Below, in pieces: positions 34,637-49,176 of a DNA stretch of 64,000 nt. The DNA comes from Pocillopora damicornis. Lineage: Eukaryota. The position numbers and the translations under genes were made by a program. The stretch is from contig NW_020845831.1 in assembly GCF_003704095.1 (NCBI RefSeq), positions 124,001 through 188,000 on the forward strand, given 5' to 3'. Position 1 is the first letter of the stretch; each line of letters begins with the position of its first letter. A model generated the notes under the pieces. It was not told the origin of the DNA, made no database searches, and saw nothing but the letters and a program-made list of their open reading frames with translations.

Positions 34637-37600
34637 TCACTCTTCGTCCATCATCATATCAAAGTTGATGTAGTCCTTGCCATCGTAGACTTCCAGGTTG
34701 ACATATGTCTAGTGAGCAGATTAGATAGATGAGACATGTTTCGAATAAAAAGTTAAAACTCTTTGTCAAGAAAATCTACACACCCATTCCTTGCTTTATA
34801 TTTATTCCTCAGTCCATCAACTAGGTTTAGTTCCTGATTTAAAAGTCCTATTTTTTACATGTTTCTACGGCTGTTATCCGACGTGCCTCTTTCCCCAAAA
34901 CGCATCCAAGTTAGCTTAGGATAAACATAGACGTCTAATTTAGCTTGCGATGAACATAACAGTGCGAGGATTCAAAGTGTTGAAGTTTTGGAGAGCGATA
35001 CCTGGACCCGAAAAATGATCACTAAAAGAGACGACATCAAATAGACCATCGAAATATTTTTCCACTTTTTGAGATGCAGGTATCCAAAAATACACAACTT
35101 CGTGATTGAAAAGTGTAAAGTTTTAATTCTTCTGTTTCGTTTCCTTTCCAAAATCTCACAATCACATCAGTTTCTCCTCACACTCCCACTTTTTTTATGT
35201 GTCAGGAATACTGCACTTCTATATGGTTATGTAAACTTCGAGTTTAAAGTAAAAAATTACTGAGCAAAAGATTAGTTTAAATAAATGTTTTTTGTTTTTG
35301 CTTTTGTTTAAAGAAAAAGGAAAGAAAAACAAAGCATTACTAATCATGATAGTAAACAAAAACATATCACGAAATGAAAAAATGTTTGGGGAAGACCGAC
35401 TGACAAACCTTGTGATCATCCAGAAGTCGCTTAACTGCAGAGCAGAGCCACTGAAATGAAGGTCTCTTTTCTGGTTGCTCTTCCCAACAGTTAGACATTA
35501 TGGAATACCTTCAATGAGAATGACACTTACGCTTTTCTTACAAATTTTTCATTTCACGTCAATTTTACTGTATATTGTAAAAGTGAACTAAAAGGTAATA
35601 GAAAATTAGTTTTGTGATCTGTGTTATTTATCGAATCACTGATGTTTATAGTGGGTGAAACAAAAGAGTTCTTAAACTACTTACAATTCTTGTGAGATGT
35701 AAGATGGCTTAGGCATGCGATATCCTGTCCGCAGTAAGCCAGCTATCTCTTTTGGTTTTACCCCGGGATATGGGGATTCACCTGAAAATAATGAAGGACA
35801 CTGTTTGCTAAAACAGATAAGCTTTTTTAAAAACATGCCATAATTGGTCACGATATAAAACCAAGGGCGTCCATCTTTGACTCGGAAAACTTACGCAATC
35901 GTTGCACCGAAAGGGAACCAAACGAATCGCTCTTTCCATGGGTGTTTCTTGGATATTATTATATTCGAAGGTCTTTTCCTTTTTTTTGTCGCAGTTATCT
36001 CACAAAACGTTACCATATCAATGTTTCAACCCTCAAGTGCCATGGCGTGAAAATGGTATGAAATTTTGCGCGAATCACGTTGTTATCGTAAATTGTAGAA
36101 CCAGAGCCCACTTTTTTTTTCTGTTTTGACTTTTCCACATTTTTACGTCTTTAAGTAAGTAAAAATATGTATTTAAGCTATGTCGTACCTAATACATACG
36201 TAGGTCGTATAATTCTGGTAGATGGAAGTCCATTATTAATGAGAAATTTCTATCTAACCTGAATATTCTCTTCTGCATTTTATCTAATTGCAATAAATCG
36301 TTCAGTCTTATATTTCAGATCAGCCAATCCCCTGAATGAATTAATATTTGGGTTTACACTTCAATTACGGCTGGTCCAGATGTGCCATTTGCAATAATCA
36401 ACGTGTAATTTAATAATCACTTATTTCATTCAATTTCGATCCCGAGTGTTAATGTCAAAGTAAACACTTTTATTAGTTGCTCAAGGGGCTAAAAGATGAT
36501 TTCGGCCTACTCAACTTTATTATTGCTAAAGCGATTGGAAAAGTGAAGGCTGTCTCTTCCGAAATGTTTATCAGAAATTTCCAATTTAAAATCCTAAGAA
36601 ACACAGTTTTCACCAATTCTCGTCCAATCAAAATAGGGTTCCAGATGATATTTGTACCTTTTGTCGAGGTGAGTATTTGTCATTCAAATGAAAGGCTCCC
36701 CAGGTTTTTGCATTATCGTATTAAATTACCTTTCACTTGAAAAGCAAAAAAAAAAAAAAAACTTCTCTAGCACAGATTATATTGAGACCTCCCGCGGGCG
36801 ATCAAACCCCATAACATCAACTAATTCCGGCGATTCTTGTTTCCCCTTATACTAAGTTCCCTTCCTCTTTTTGTCGATGACTGCGCATCTCTTCACTCTT
36901 TCGGACGAGCCAGACAATTATAAATGAAGCCACTTAGGAGATAGTATCTCGATCGTGTTAAAAAGTCTTAAAAAAGGCCGATTATATAGAAACCCCGGTC
37001 AACCAACACTGTTGCTTTCTGCATTATCAGCGGTAATACATAGTATCGATATATATGTTAGATAATAAGAGGTTCATTTGTGTGATTAAAAGAACAAGTA
37101 ACTATTTACGATTTAGCAAAGGCAAGAAAGGAGAAACTTTCCAGTTTTTAAATAGTTTAAAGAGTTCTTCGCAATAAATACATACCAATGGTAAACACCT
37201 CCCACATCACAATACCGTAAGACCATCTGTAGATGACAGACGAAAAGGAACAATTTGAGCTTATTTGATATCACCATGACTCTGATTATATATGTACACT
37301 TACAATAACCGAGTGTCGCATGGCAGAAAATTACATAATTTTTCGAAATAAAAAAGGTAGTTATGATAATCGAAGGTATCATCACTTTAGACTATTAGCT
37401 TTGCATTGCCTAGATTTCCCGCTTGAAACGGGTTTCAAGTCCAAGAAACAGAATACATCTATTTTTGATCAGAATGTGATCACTTCAAAAAGTCTTTTAA
37501 GAATGAATAAGTGTGGCGCAAAGTGTGGTACTTCGCTTGATCTGAAAGAGTCATGACAACTTAAGTAAATAGGCAGGCCAATTTGACTAATATCCTAAAG

Positions 37601-40600
37601 AAAAATTTGTTCTCTTGAAAAATCGTTGTGACAATTTGCAGCTTTTTTCATGTCGGTGCTGTTTCCGGTGAATTTTTTTCCAAAATTATTTGAAAAAGGA
37701 AAAAATGAACAATTCATTACCTAACGACCTCAGCTTTTTAGGACGTCATATCTCTATAATATGTCAACTAATTTTCGCTATACGTTATTTGAAGGATAAC
37801 AGAGCAGCTAATTAACGAGGCAATCGACCAATCGGTTTGGCAAATTAGTCGAAATCTTGGGGAAATTTGGGATAAATGTAAACAACCTACATGTCACTCT
37901 TGGTGGAAGATTTGCCATGGAAGAGAGATTCCGGGGGCATCCACTTAGCTGGAAGACGAGCCTTCAAAAGAAAAAATCGAATAACTATCGAATAAAATGT
38001 CAAACTAAGGAAAACTGAGTATTATTGTAAGAATAGTGCCACGAACGGTCACGTTGCGAATGATTTATTCACGAGTTGAGGGGTTTTGCTTGTACAAGAC
38101 GTCATTGAGTCTTAACGCGATTTACCGGTTTTTCATTATTATCAAATTATGTATATAAACACACCATATAAAGAGTGTTGGCGCAAAGCTTCATTTTCAT
38201 GTTGTAGTCACCTGTTTTTTTCTAATGTGGATATCTCCCTTTAAACCACGGGCTAAACCAAAGTCTGTAATCTTACACACTTTGCTGTCCCCAACCAACA
38301 CATTGCGAGCTGCTAAATCACGGTGAACAATCTGCAATACAGCACAATAACACAAGCTTGATACCCCGAGATGTTTTAACATAAGCTCTACAGGCTATTC
38401 CTTTTCATCTCACTTAATATCGCTTGATTTGGGTAGGTACAGAACTGACCTTGAAATGTTAGGAGAGCGGCTAACTTCACAAGGATTGCAGGTATAACAG
38501 ACCCACAGATGATTCGAAACCTTTCCTTGTAGAATGGTATAACAGAGCTCTATTGTAAATGTCTGTCGTATAGGAAATAACTTGTTTCGTCACACATGAC
38601 CTCAACGCGTAGTGAGATTTTAGGTACTTAGCTTTAACAGAATATGAATTGTAGGGTTTACCTCCATTGTTGACAAATAGTTCATACCATCAGCGATCAT
38701 CCACGCAAAGGATAAGAGATCCTTTTCTGTAAGTGCTGAGCTCGGTCTCCTTTCTCCTGTGTTATAAGCATCCTCGATCCCTCTGCTCTTGCGCAGATAT
38801 CCCAATAAATCCCCGTATGGTAAATACTCCAACACTATGAGAAGTGGATCTAGAAGTATGTAACGGTGCTGAATCAGTCAATTCAATAAATAAGAAATTC
38901 GATGAATGTGGAATTAGTCAGTCATCAAGAAATCAGCCAACCGAAATCAATTTAAAATGTCCAGTACCTTTTTCGATACAACAGCCAATGAGCTCAACAA
39001 CATGGGGATGAGGCTTCAAAATTTTCATGAGATCTAATTCCGTTAGCATGTCTTCCAAGTCCCTCTTTGAAGCGTTGCCTAGAACATAAGTGAAGATTCA
39101 AACGACATCAATTACAATGAATTTAAAAGAAAGCCCTTTTACATCCTTTACCTAAAAGGAAATTAAGAGGTTGGTAAAATAAGAAAGTGCTTTTCCACTT
39201 TTCCACTTGATTTTTGTTCTTCATAAGGATATATAGAAGTGATAAGAAAAATGAAGGGTACCTTTCAATGACTTAACAGCCACTTCAGAATTTAAAGGTT
39301 TGTAAACTGCTTTGGACACTTGACTGAAGTTGCCACTCCCAAGCACCTTTACTGTTGTTATTTGATCACGATCAAGTCTAAAGTCATCCACCTTTTGCCG
39401 CTCAGCGACAGAACTCATTGCGACGTCTACGTAAAGATTGTTAATTATGAAAATCGATGGTGATAAGAGAAACAACACAATTATGATTAGTGATTAAATA
39501 TGTGGTCCATGTTAAGGCACATGGTGTTTATTCTGCCGATATGCTTGAGTCAAATACAGAAAAAACTTTACTACCATGTGGAGTCTCTTGCGCTGTTTGC
39601 CAGTGGTTTCACACCACCTACAGGTCAATGTTCTTTTTGTTATTTTTTTCTGAAATTGACTTTGTCTTTGAAATCGAAAACGATTTAACAAACCATCTTT
39701 GTATTTTAAGAAGTCGGTAAATTGATATCAAGCGCAACGTCAGTAAATCGAACATAGTAACACTGCTCTAAAATATGTAAATAAAGTGATATTGTAACTT
39801 ACCCTCGTTCACCACAACGCGAGAATCTCTTAGTTTTGTCATTTTCTTGTGGTGTGCGTTCCGTCGGCGGTTCGATGGTCCATGCAAAGGCAGTCTGTGT
39901 TGATCTCGCCAATGTGCTTAAGTCAGAGAAAAAAAAAAGGATGGTGACCTTTTTGGAGACTCCTGTGCCGTTTACTAGTAGTTTCACACTACGCACCGAC
40001 AGTCTTTGCTTTGTTAATTTTTTTTGTTACCAATTTAATGTGTTTTTCCGTTTTTCTTAATTTGGCTTTGTCTTTGGTATCGAAATAGATTGAGCAAATG
40101 GCCTTTGCATTTTAACACATCGGTAATTTCATATCAAGCTCATTGTCAGCAAATTGTATTTAGTGACACTGCTTTAAAACACGTAAATTACATGATTTTG
40201 CAACTTACCCTCATTCTCCATTACGCTGGTGAATGCACGGTGTTCGTTTCTTTGGCGGTTCCATCTAACAAAGAATGGCACAAAACTGATTTTAGTCATG
40301 GCTATACAGAATTATTATTTCGGTAAAGCTGAAAGGAAACGACAAATTAGCGACATTTTGAGCCATAAAATAGCATCAATATAATCTCTGTTAATCCTGG
40401 TGCGTCAGTTGTTGAACTTTTGAAATTCCTTGAGCTAATGGTATTTCTTTATATCTCGCCAAGACATTTGCAACTCATACAAGAATAGCAACTTCATTTT
40501 GATTTTCATTAATGATCCCAAACTGACCTGTTGTATATGATGTAGCAGGCAAAAAACACAGTGCAAACTACAAATAAACCAGCCAGTCCATAGATAATTC

Positions 40601-43600
40601 TGAGATGCAATGTTACCTTGGATTCTGTCGGGTAAAAGACAGGATTGCTTTATTTATTATAATGAAGCTGATTCAATCAGAATTGGATCTTAATCATGGT
40701 TGTGCGTGACGAAAATATTTTCTTCGAAAACACTTTTAAATCCTCCGGCAACATTCTTACCCGTCCTCGATCATTTTTAGTTATTGAACGTCCATCGCGC
40801 AGAATGCCGCGAAATGAATTGGCGGAGATATAGGCTATATCTACGGAAGCACTTTTTAATAATATTTTTTAAATTTTGTATCACTAATTGAAAAAAAAAT
40901 TTAGTTCCTGTTTGAATTCAGGCTCCAAGTGGTCTTCGACGGGATTCGTTGATGTTGCTATAGTTTGGCGTTTAGGAATAAGCAGTCGAAAGCAAAAGTT
41001 TAATTATTTTGTTATTACATTTGAGGTTACTTCTAAATTATTTAAGTGTTAGGTGAGTAAATCTAAACTTCAGAACATTAATGTACAATTTACATCTTTT
41101 AGTACTAAAGGGATGTAATTAAATATGATTTCACTTGAGCACAGTGCACAAGAGATAAACCGTTTGATTGTAATTGGCGTGATATCCTTTTTAGTCCACG
41201 AACTTACTCACCTGGTCCGTTAGTCCCTACAGTTATTTCCCCGAAGTTTGCCTCAATTCCATATTTTCTCTTTGCCAAATCGCTTACTCGGTTTCTGGCG
41301 TGGATTTTCACGGTGTATTTTACAAATGGAGAAAGATTTCCAGCAGTAACGCAAGTCATGTTCAAGCCATCCCTTTTTGGTATGAAAATGACGTCACTCC
41401 CGCAAGATATATCCTCGCATTTGTTGTCGTTTTCACCTTCGCATCGCTTACGGCATTCAACGTCATAAAACACTTGGGTCTGATCACCAGTAGTTGCAGG
41501 AGGCTGCCATTTTAACTCCAACGCGCTATGGTTAATGAAGATGACTTGGACAATTTTCGGGGCGGATGGAATAACTGAACACATACATATTAAGAGATGA
41601 TATTAGAGGATTGCAGACAATGTTTGTTCAGGAGTCAAACTGTTCCTTGTAGTCTATTTTCTTATTGATTTTAAGTAAAACCCTCGGAGACTAAGCTAAC
41701 ATGCAATGAAATACGGCAAAACGCACTTTTCTTCAGCATGTACTGACACGTTTCCTCAACTTATATTCAGAATATTTATCTGTCCGAGCAAGTTTTAAGG
41801 AAAATATTCTGAGGTATTTGCCGGGTTTTATCTGCGTGCTATGGTGGCAATAAGGAATTGTGTCATTTTATTTAAAAGAGATGCTCATAGAATTAAGTTA
41901 TAGTACTGAAAGGAAAAACATGACGTGTAAATATTACCTCTAAATAGTACCGATAAAGTTAACTGGACAGGTACCATTCAAAACATAAAAAAATAGACGA
42001 AATTGAGAATTAATTTATCTCTGCTTGTGTACCTGTACAATTAAAACCATTTTGGTCGTTGAATTTATCGCTTGGACAATCTGAAAGGAGAAAACACATA
42101 AAAAGAATTAAAATTTTTGATCAATCTCTCGGATGAGTTGAGATGATTTCGACCGTTTCACTTTTTCTCTATACGGAATCTAAATACTCTTAAGAGAAGC
42201 TGACAAAGCCAATAATCATTGCAGAAGTCAAAGCGCTTCATCAGAGAAATAAGTAATTCAGAACAATACTTAACTTTTTAAGGCATAGACATTGGCATAG
42301 TTGATAACCAAGTTCAACTTTATCTCCCTTTTAATATAGCAACCCATACAGCTAATTGGGGGCACTTATCAACTCTAAAAGAACTTAATAATAAGGAAAT
42401 ATGTTAATCAAAGACGCATGATCTGTGTCTGATAAAAATCAACCGATCTGAAAAAAATTGTCTATTGGGAAATGATTTGACTTTGGAAGAAAGCCATTTT
42501 TAGGGCTCAACTTTTAAGTTTAGGTTTAACTCTATGTATCTTGAATATGCTGCACAATTAATCGTGTTGAAAATTAATGTGAAAAAACCTTTATAGTTGC
42601 ACTTGTTATCGCGAGGTTTTTAGTCATCATATTACCTTTGCATTCTCCGCCACTATTCTCCGTGTCCTCCCTGCAAGTACATCTTCCCTTCAGTGAACTG
42701 ATGTTCCAAACGCCATCGCTTTTACATTCCAGACTAAGAATACCTTTATTGTAGATGGCATTTGTAACACAACCTCCTTGAACTGGCACTGAGTTAGTAA
42801 CGGGAGCCACAGAGCGTGGTAAGGACACCAAGCCACTAACAACAGTAATCTCTGGGCAAACAAGATAACTGACAGTGACAGAGTGAATGTTGCTACATGA
42901 GCCTCGGTTATGAAACGCTAGAACGATGAACTTTCCTTTCACTTGAAAACCAAAATGTCTCTTTGCATTAATACCAAGGGTTGGCAAAGTTATTTCAGCA
43001 ATCTTCTCGTAAGTGGCTTTGCTTTGTAAAGGGTCAGGTGCCGATAAAGTAGTAGACTGATGCACGTAAAAGTCGAAATATTCCCTACAGAAATTAGTTC
43101 TACGAAATGTTGTACAGTTCACTGTTCTGTATTCAATGGTAATATTAACTTTTTTTACTTTGTTTGGGACTGAAATAAGATTACTTCTTAGCCAGGTATT
43201 TGGTTGTTGGTGGCCGACATCACAGGTGCGGTACTCTGGGTTCCCATAAGAATCATGTAACGGGTACCACTGTTCAGAAACAATGATAAAATAACAATAT
43301 TTCAATCCAATGGATTTTTCGGCTAGTCTATGCTTAGTAGTTTGTAGACTGATATATGGGGATTTCCAGGAAAAGATTAGAATTTGAACCCATATTTAAA
43401 ACATACCATAAAGAGACTTGATATTAAACTCACTGAGCTATCTTTCTTGTACAACAGACAGGGGACTCGAGAAAGTTCTTTTGGTCAGTTTTGGAGACAC
43501 GTTATCAACAAATTATAAAGTCATCCTGACCTCCAGTCATGAATAAGTCAAAATGAAAACGCCAAAACACTGAAAAAATTCACTTGCTCGGCTTCGTTAC

Positions 43601-45496
43601 AAAACTGAAGACTTCTCGTGTATGTTTTATATAGAATGTTTGAGATAGATGTTTTTTTTTTTATCACAAATCGGTGTTCAACTAGGCTTCTACAACAGTT
43701 ATGACTGTCTTATACTGTCATTGCACACTTGATGAACTGATCTTTATAATGACAGTTAAAATGAGTGCTGCATTTAAAATTACATGTTGCAGGCAGTGAC
43801 GGTTTAAAAGGTGTTCAGGTAAACTTTTTTGGCGTTCTTATGTAAATACGAGTCGATTTATCCTCTTCAGAAAATAGTTCTACCGGGCTTCGAACAGTTC
43901 CTTGAAGTGTATTTAGTAGCAATAACAATCTTTAAAGAATGTGCTTTGGACGGATTCCTGATTACGTCTTAGTTGATAAGTTTCTGTCTACATACAGCAC
44001 AGTTCATTTATCGTGGGTAATTAAAAGGATCAAATGTGCTTCTCCACGCTTAACTCCATCCGGCTTTACGCAAGTCAGCTTTCTTAGTGGCGTTTCTGTT
44101 GGATTGCGCCCTTGACTGTAACAGTCTCACAATGCAAAATAAGTCACGTTTTTCATTGAATTGTGAATTTCATGTTCTGACTCGAAGTAACCAAGGGAAA
44201 GTATTCTATTGCAGATTCTTTTCGCAGTTTTCCATGGTGCGCTCTTCTTGTCTATGTAATCTAGTCCCTTTTCGGTTCAATAGGATAGGCTAACGAATTA
44301 TGCGAGCTGGTGGGTTATTAGGGCAGGTAAAATTCAATTTTTCTACCTTTGCCCATAGTCAACGGTAGAGAATCGCCGAATCGTGTTATTGATCAGTGGA
44401 AAGTCAGACAATAAATCTGAGCAGATTTCTGTTCACTTTGGATGACAAAGAAAATCATTCGAAGTCTCGAAAGCGTGTTTATGATAAGTTTCTAGGCGTA
44501 TTTGTAGCACAAAACTTCGCCAAGATTTTTACTAGATTTTTTTTTGTGTGTGTGTGAATTTGGAAATGAAGTGAATAATAGTCAAATTGATCAATAAAAT
44601 GTACATAAATTTCGCATTTTAGCTACACTGTCAGAGCTACTGCAATGCGAATGACTGGAAAATTCATCGTGAAATGTTGTTAGACGGCAAGTCAAGTGTA
44701 ACCCATTCGGTGACACATTTGCATTCACAAACCTCAACTGATCAGATATTAATTTACATATTCAAATTTTTTCACTTTAACGACCCTCCAGCTGGCAAAA
44801 AATATTTCTTTTTACAAATATATCTATAGAACATGTCTATATATTTTTCAGTTAGCACTCCCCAATCTTCAGAATCGCAAATTTGATATAATAAAAGTCT
44901 TGAAACTAAAAATTTTTTTGCGGCCAACTGATTAACTCTTAATCCCTGTGAAGGCAAATCGTTTGTGTAGAAAGCAACTGCAATATTAACATATGTTTTG
45001 CAACCTTCGCGGTGTATAGAGAATCATTGTTTAACGGAAGAAGCATACCCCACGAGTTCCTAGTGCCGGACTTGAGGTTATCCAGTCGCTCCACCTTTTG
45101 TCTTCTGTCGGCCTCTTATACAGATACGCTGTAAAGGAAACAGGTCGTCTTATATGAGTAACAAATCTATGTGAAAAATGATTCTACATCATGTGCACAT
45201 GCAACAGCCTTGGGGTGGAAGTGGACCTATTTGACCTTCGAGGCTCGTGATTCTGCCTATGACTAATTTCCATAATTGCTCATAGGCGAAGCTTAGATAT
45301 ATTCCTCTCAAAATATTTTTTTGTTGACAAATTTCATAAAACACAGGTTTTCTCTAACTAGAAAATCGACGTAAAACTACTACTGCAAGAATATCTTTCT
45401 CAGAAAGTATTACATCATTTCATTCATACCTTTATCCGCCGATGAGAAGGTGAAAATGTGTAAGAGGGTAACGATTGTAATTGAGCAGTACTCCAT
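34637..45496 (-). CDS. Receptor tyrosine kinase B (~807 aa): Eph-type ligand-binding domain + Cys-rich + 1 FN3 + TM + RET/FGFR-like kinase
   Basis: Exons 45496-45430 (signal [22 protein letters not shown]), 45128-45049, 43269-42636, 42080-42033, 41574-41212, 40624-40528 (TM), 40264-40209, 39916-39803, 39426-39262, 39078-38968, 38849-38662, 38331-38212, 37961-37891, 37226-37186, 35781-35685, 35508-35409, 34708-34637. Kinase exon sizes are identical to those of A and C. Confidence 0.92.
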
Positions 45497-48400
45497 GTCG
45501 TTGTTACTGCACCTTGAGCTACATAGGAAAACATGAAGCTTATAATAACACAGGAAAAGCTCTGCAATACTCTTTGGTCGGTTATTTTTGTATGCTTTAT
45601 CTAAGAAGTGAATAATACTATTTTTTCAACTGAAACAGAATTATCACCATATTTTGATTACTAAAGCTACTCTTATTAGATCTCTTAGATCAGACCCTTG
45701 ACTAGTTCCTTTAACAAGGTTAAGACAACTGCTCACAATCGGAGGAGGACCCAGCCACCGTAGAATGTAAATTCTTGAGGAACCCCAAATGTTCATTCTC
45801 AGTGCCTTTTACAGATAGCATTAAGTTTTCGCGTTACTTTTCAGGGCCTGGGCTGGGAAAGACGGGAAAGAAGGCTCTAATGGTGATGGACTCAATTGCA
45901 TAGAAGGGAAACTTTCCGCGGAAAAGAAATAAAAACAGTTTACGAAAAACATTTTAAGAACAGTTTTGGACCGAAGTGCGACGTACATGCAAGGAATTCC
46001 CGTTTTTTCTGAAGCCATGCACAACGGATTTCCTCAAGAAAATCTATTTTGAACCCATTGATTCTAAATTAGGCTTCTATTGCATCACGTATCGATCAGA
46101 TTATCAGCATGCTTATCTTATGCATACGCTCACCCTTCTTTAATAATGTTAGAGCCTCTCCCAATTTCTTATTTCCAACAGGTCTACCGACTGGCCATTG
46201 ATTTTTATAGAACCGCCCATTTCATTTTGCTGTTTTTTGTTACATGAAAATAACGATAAAGACAATACTTTGAGAGGTAAGCAATTTAGTGTTGCTTGTG
46301 ATGTGGTGACCGTGTTTTGTAATCCATTATCTTTTTAAGGGCCGTCATATACATTTTCAGTCCAGGTAGTCATGATTTATAAGGCAAAAATAGGATGTTC
46401 AGCGTTCTTTGCTTATTAATAAAACTTTGATAGTTTCCCATGAAAAGCACTTTATATTAACGAGTTTTATTTTAGATTTTCTTCATAAGCAGAAACTCCA
46501 TAACCATACAAAACATACTAATGGGGCACAAGTCTACATTCCTTTTTTGTCTCATGTTGAATGATTGCCTCTAAAAGGTAAGGTGAACAACAAAATTTAA
46601 AAAAATGAATTATCCTTCCATCATGCTGAATATTGTTCTTTCTCTAGTTTGTTTGTTTTTGTTTTTTTTCTTGTACGAAAGGGTTGTCTGGGACAGGAGG
46701 AAGGAGTTCCCTCCTCTGAGCTGTACCTTTAAATTGTTTTTTGGCCTTAATAACTATTCATTTATTTATGGGTTCATTTAGAGATACATTTGGGCAAACA
46801 TTTGGTTTAATTCGAGCATGGCGTCACCATGACATTGCGTATTTTATTTTTTTATTTCCACGTAGATTAGGTTAGTATTGAACCTAAAGAATTTCAAACA
46901 GCTTTCCCAAATATCAAAAACATATTTTCTTCAGTGTGGCTGTGTCTTTGTCAGCAGCAAAATTTTGATGTGAAATATCTAGTGTCAGCGGATAGATTTT
47001 TTTCATTTGCTCGTCACAAGCTGTTATCCCAAGTAATATCCTAAACACAGGAATGTGATTGAGTTTTAACGTGAACCCATGACTAAAGCTGATAAAATTG
47101 CTTAAAAATTACAAGGGTTATTGCAATATGGAAAGAGATAAACTGATATCATCGAAATTGTTGTTCCACATTATGACACAAAAAAACTTCTTCTTTAAAG
47201 CAAGACCAGGTGTCTAGCGAACGACATGCGCAAAGGGTACAAAGGTTTTCGTGAGTGTGAGAAATTATCATTGTTTAACGTTTGAGCTCGCAGTCGACAA
47301 GAACGGTCTTCCCAAACCTCAGGCCATCAATACAAATTTAACAAATTTTTGATATTAGACGTTTTTGGTTCTCCTTAAAAGACAATTCAATACTAGTTCT
47401 TTGAAATAGAAACCGACTGGTTGCTACGAACCTTTGTTGCAACTCTAATGCAGCCTTTACACGTTATTAAACTACCGACAAGCAACAATCAGTGTACCTT
47501 AATTTTTAACACCATGTGGAGTACAAACTTTTGCTCAATTTTTTTTAAAATTTACTTTAAACAATTTCAATATCAAAATAAACTTGAGGGTCCAATTTTT
47601 TGGCAAATCAAACCGTTTCCTCACGAAATGTAATTTTGCTAAAAAACACCACTAACAAATATTTCCAAAACGAAGCCTTATGCATCGTGGGCAGCAAGCA
47701 ATTTTTGCATTCCACTTCTACATGCATACTAAGAAGGTAAAGTCACCCAAGTAGAACTAATCATCACAATTCAGAGGCATTTGTACCCCAGACAATATGG
47801 AATGAAATGAAGGAAGCAAATTCAGCGAATCCGCGTAGCTTTACTTTATCATAAAGCGAGTATATTTCGGTTGCATATGGCATATCTGCTAATTGTGTTT
47901 ACAGTTACTTACCTGCACTGTAGTAAGAATTTAAAAATAGATGAATCTCTCACTACCGAATGGAACAGAGCTCACAGCCAGCAAACCCCAGCTAACTGAG
48001 CTGGATAAAATTAGCTAACAATATTAGACTCACATGTGTTAGCCTTTGTTAATAAAGACCTGCGCCAATGGTAACGTCGGTCTGCGCTAATATATGGGCT
48101 CTAAGGGTACGTAGTGTAACAATCATATGGAGGTACTGCATATACTTATGTAGCAAAATACTAAAGATACTGCAGTTGATTACTGGTGTAATTAAATTAA
48201 ATTTATTTCAATTTATTTTGTGTCGTACCTTAACTAAAATCTCTTACGAAAGATTTCTAACAAAAAAAGGAACCAATTGAAAAAAAAACGTTTGCCACGA
48301 TCAGTATGCGAAAAAAGCTTCACATAAGACTAGCAAGAATTCTGAAAGTGATATGCCTATGGCGTTCTGTAGCCTTGGGGCTTTGGAAGGCATCCAGAAC

Positions 48401-48829
48401 CCTGTGATATTTCTTCCACTCTCGTAGCAGATCGAGAATTTTACAATAGAAATTATCGACGTTAACTTCCACGAAAGCTTTAACTGGAATGCAAGACATG
48501 ACGAAGAAAATGAAGGATACATTTTTATTTCAACTACCATTTAATTTTTATGAAATTGATTTTATTGAAATTGAAATTTTATTGAAATTAATTTGAAGAG
48601 TAAACTTAGCTATTTACTGGTGTCCAACGTACATACCTTGGCAGGAATATAGTAATGGGAACAATGATCAAATTTATTTCCAATGCACGCAGCTGCAGCT
48701 TGTGTAGTTTTCGATGAATCTCCGTATTTTCACTCTCGACGAGTTCGTAGTTTCGAACATTTTAACGATTCCCCGGATCTACGGGGCAAAGGATTATTCC
48801 GTCGACAAGGACATCTCGGGGCTGGCTTT

Positions 48830-49176
48830 GAGGGAAAAAACCTTAGAAACTGACACCATGGCTTCGGGCCTTCTTCGTCTTTAAAATGTAAGCTGCACGC
48901 CCTTGTTCCAGGCTTTGCAGAAAATTTTGACGCACACCTCGGAGCCTAGCAATCCAAGTCTTTCTTGCTTTACTATTCTCTGGAGGTTTATTACGTCTCA
49001 CCGTCTTTCCATCAACAAATTTGTTACTATAACTATGGCAAACTGGCACACAGTAATAACTTACTCCACGAGGAACTGTTTCCTTTGCCGCCATATTGGA
49101 AATTGTACTTACCCTATACTCGCTTTCGAGCTACGCGTTACCTCTTTCCTCTCGATTCAAATATCCTGGGAAAGGG
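48830..49176 (-). mobile_element. Frameshifted THAP-domain relic (DNA transposon fragment)
   Basis: MAAKE...YYCVPVC...KPPENSKARKTWI... then, after a frameshift, ...PGTRACSLHFKD: the C2CH THAP signature with the conserved P, W and HF. It abuts the broken RTK pseudo-exon at 49177. Confidence 0.7.

Noticed and set aside
45821-46024. Pro/Ser-rich ORF as a candidate first exon of RTK-B
   Set aside because: No signal peptide or suitable donor. The true signal exon is 45496-45430, by homology to 63995-63929.
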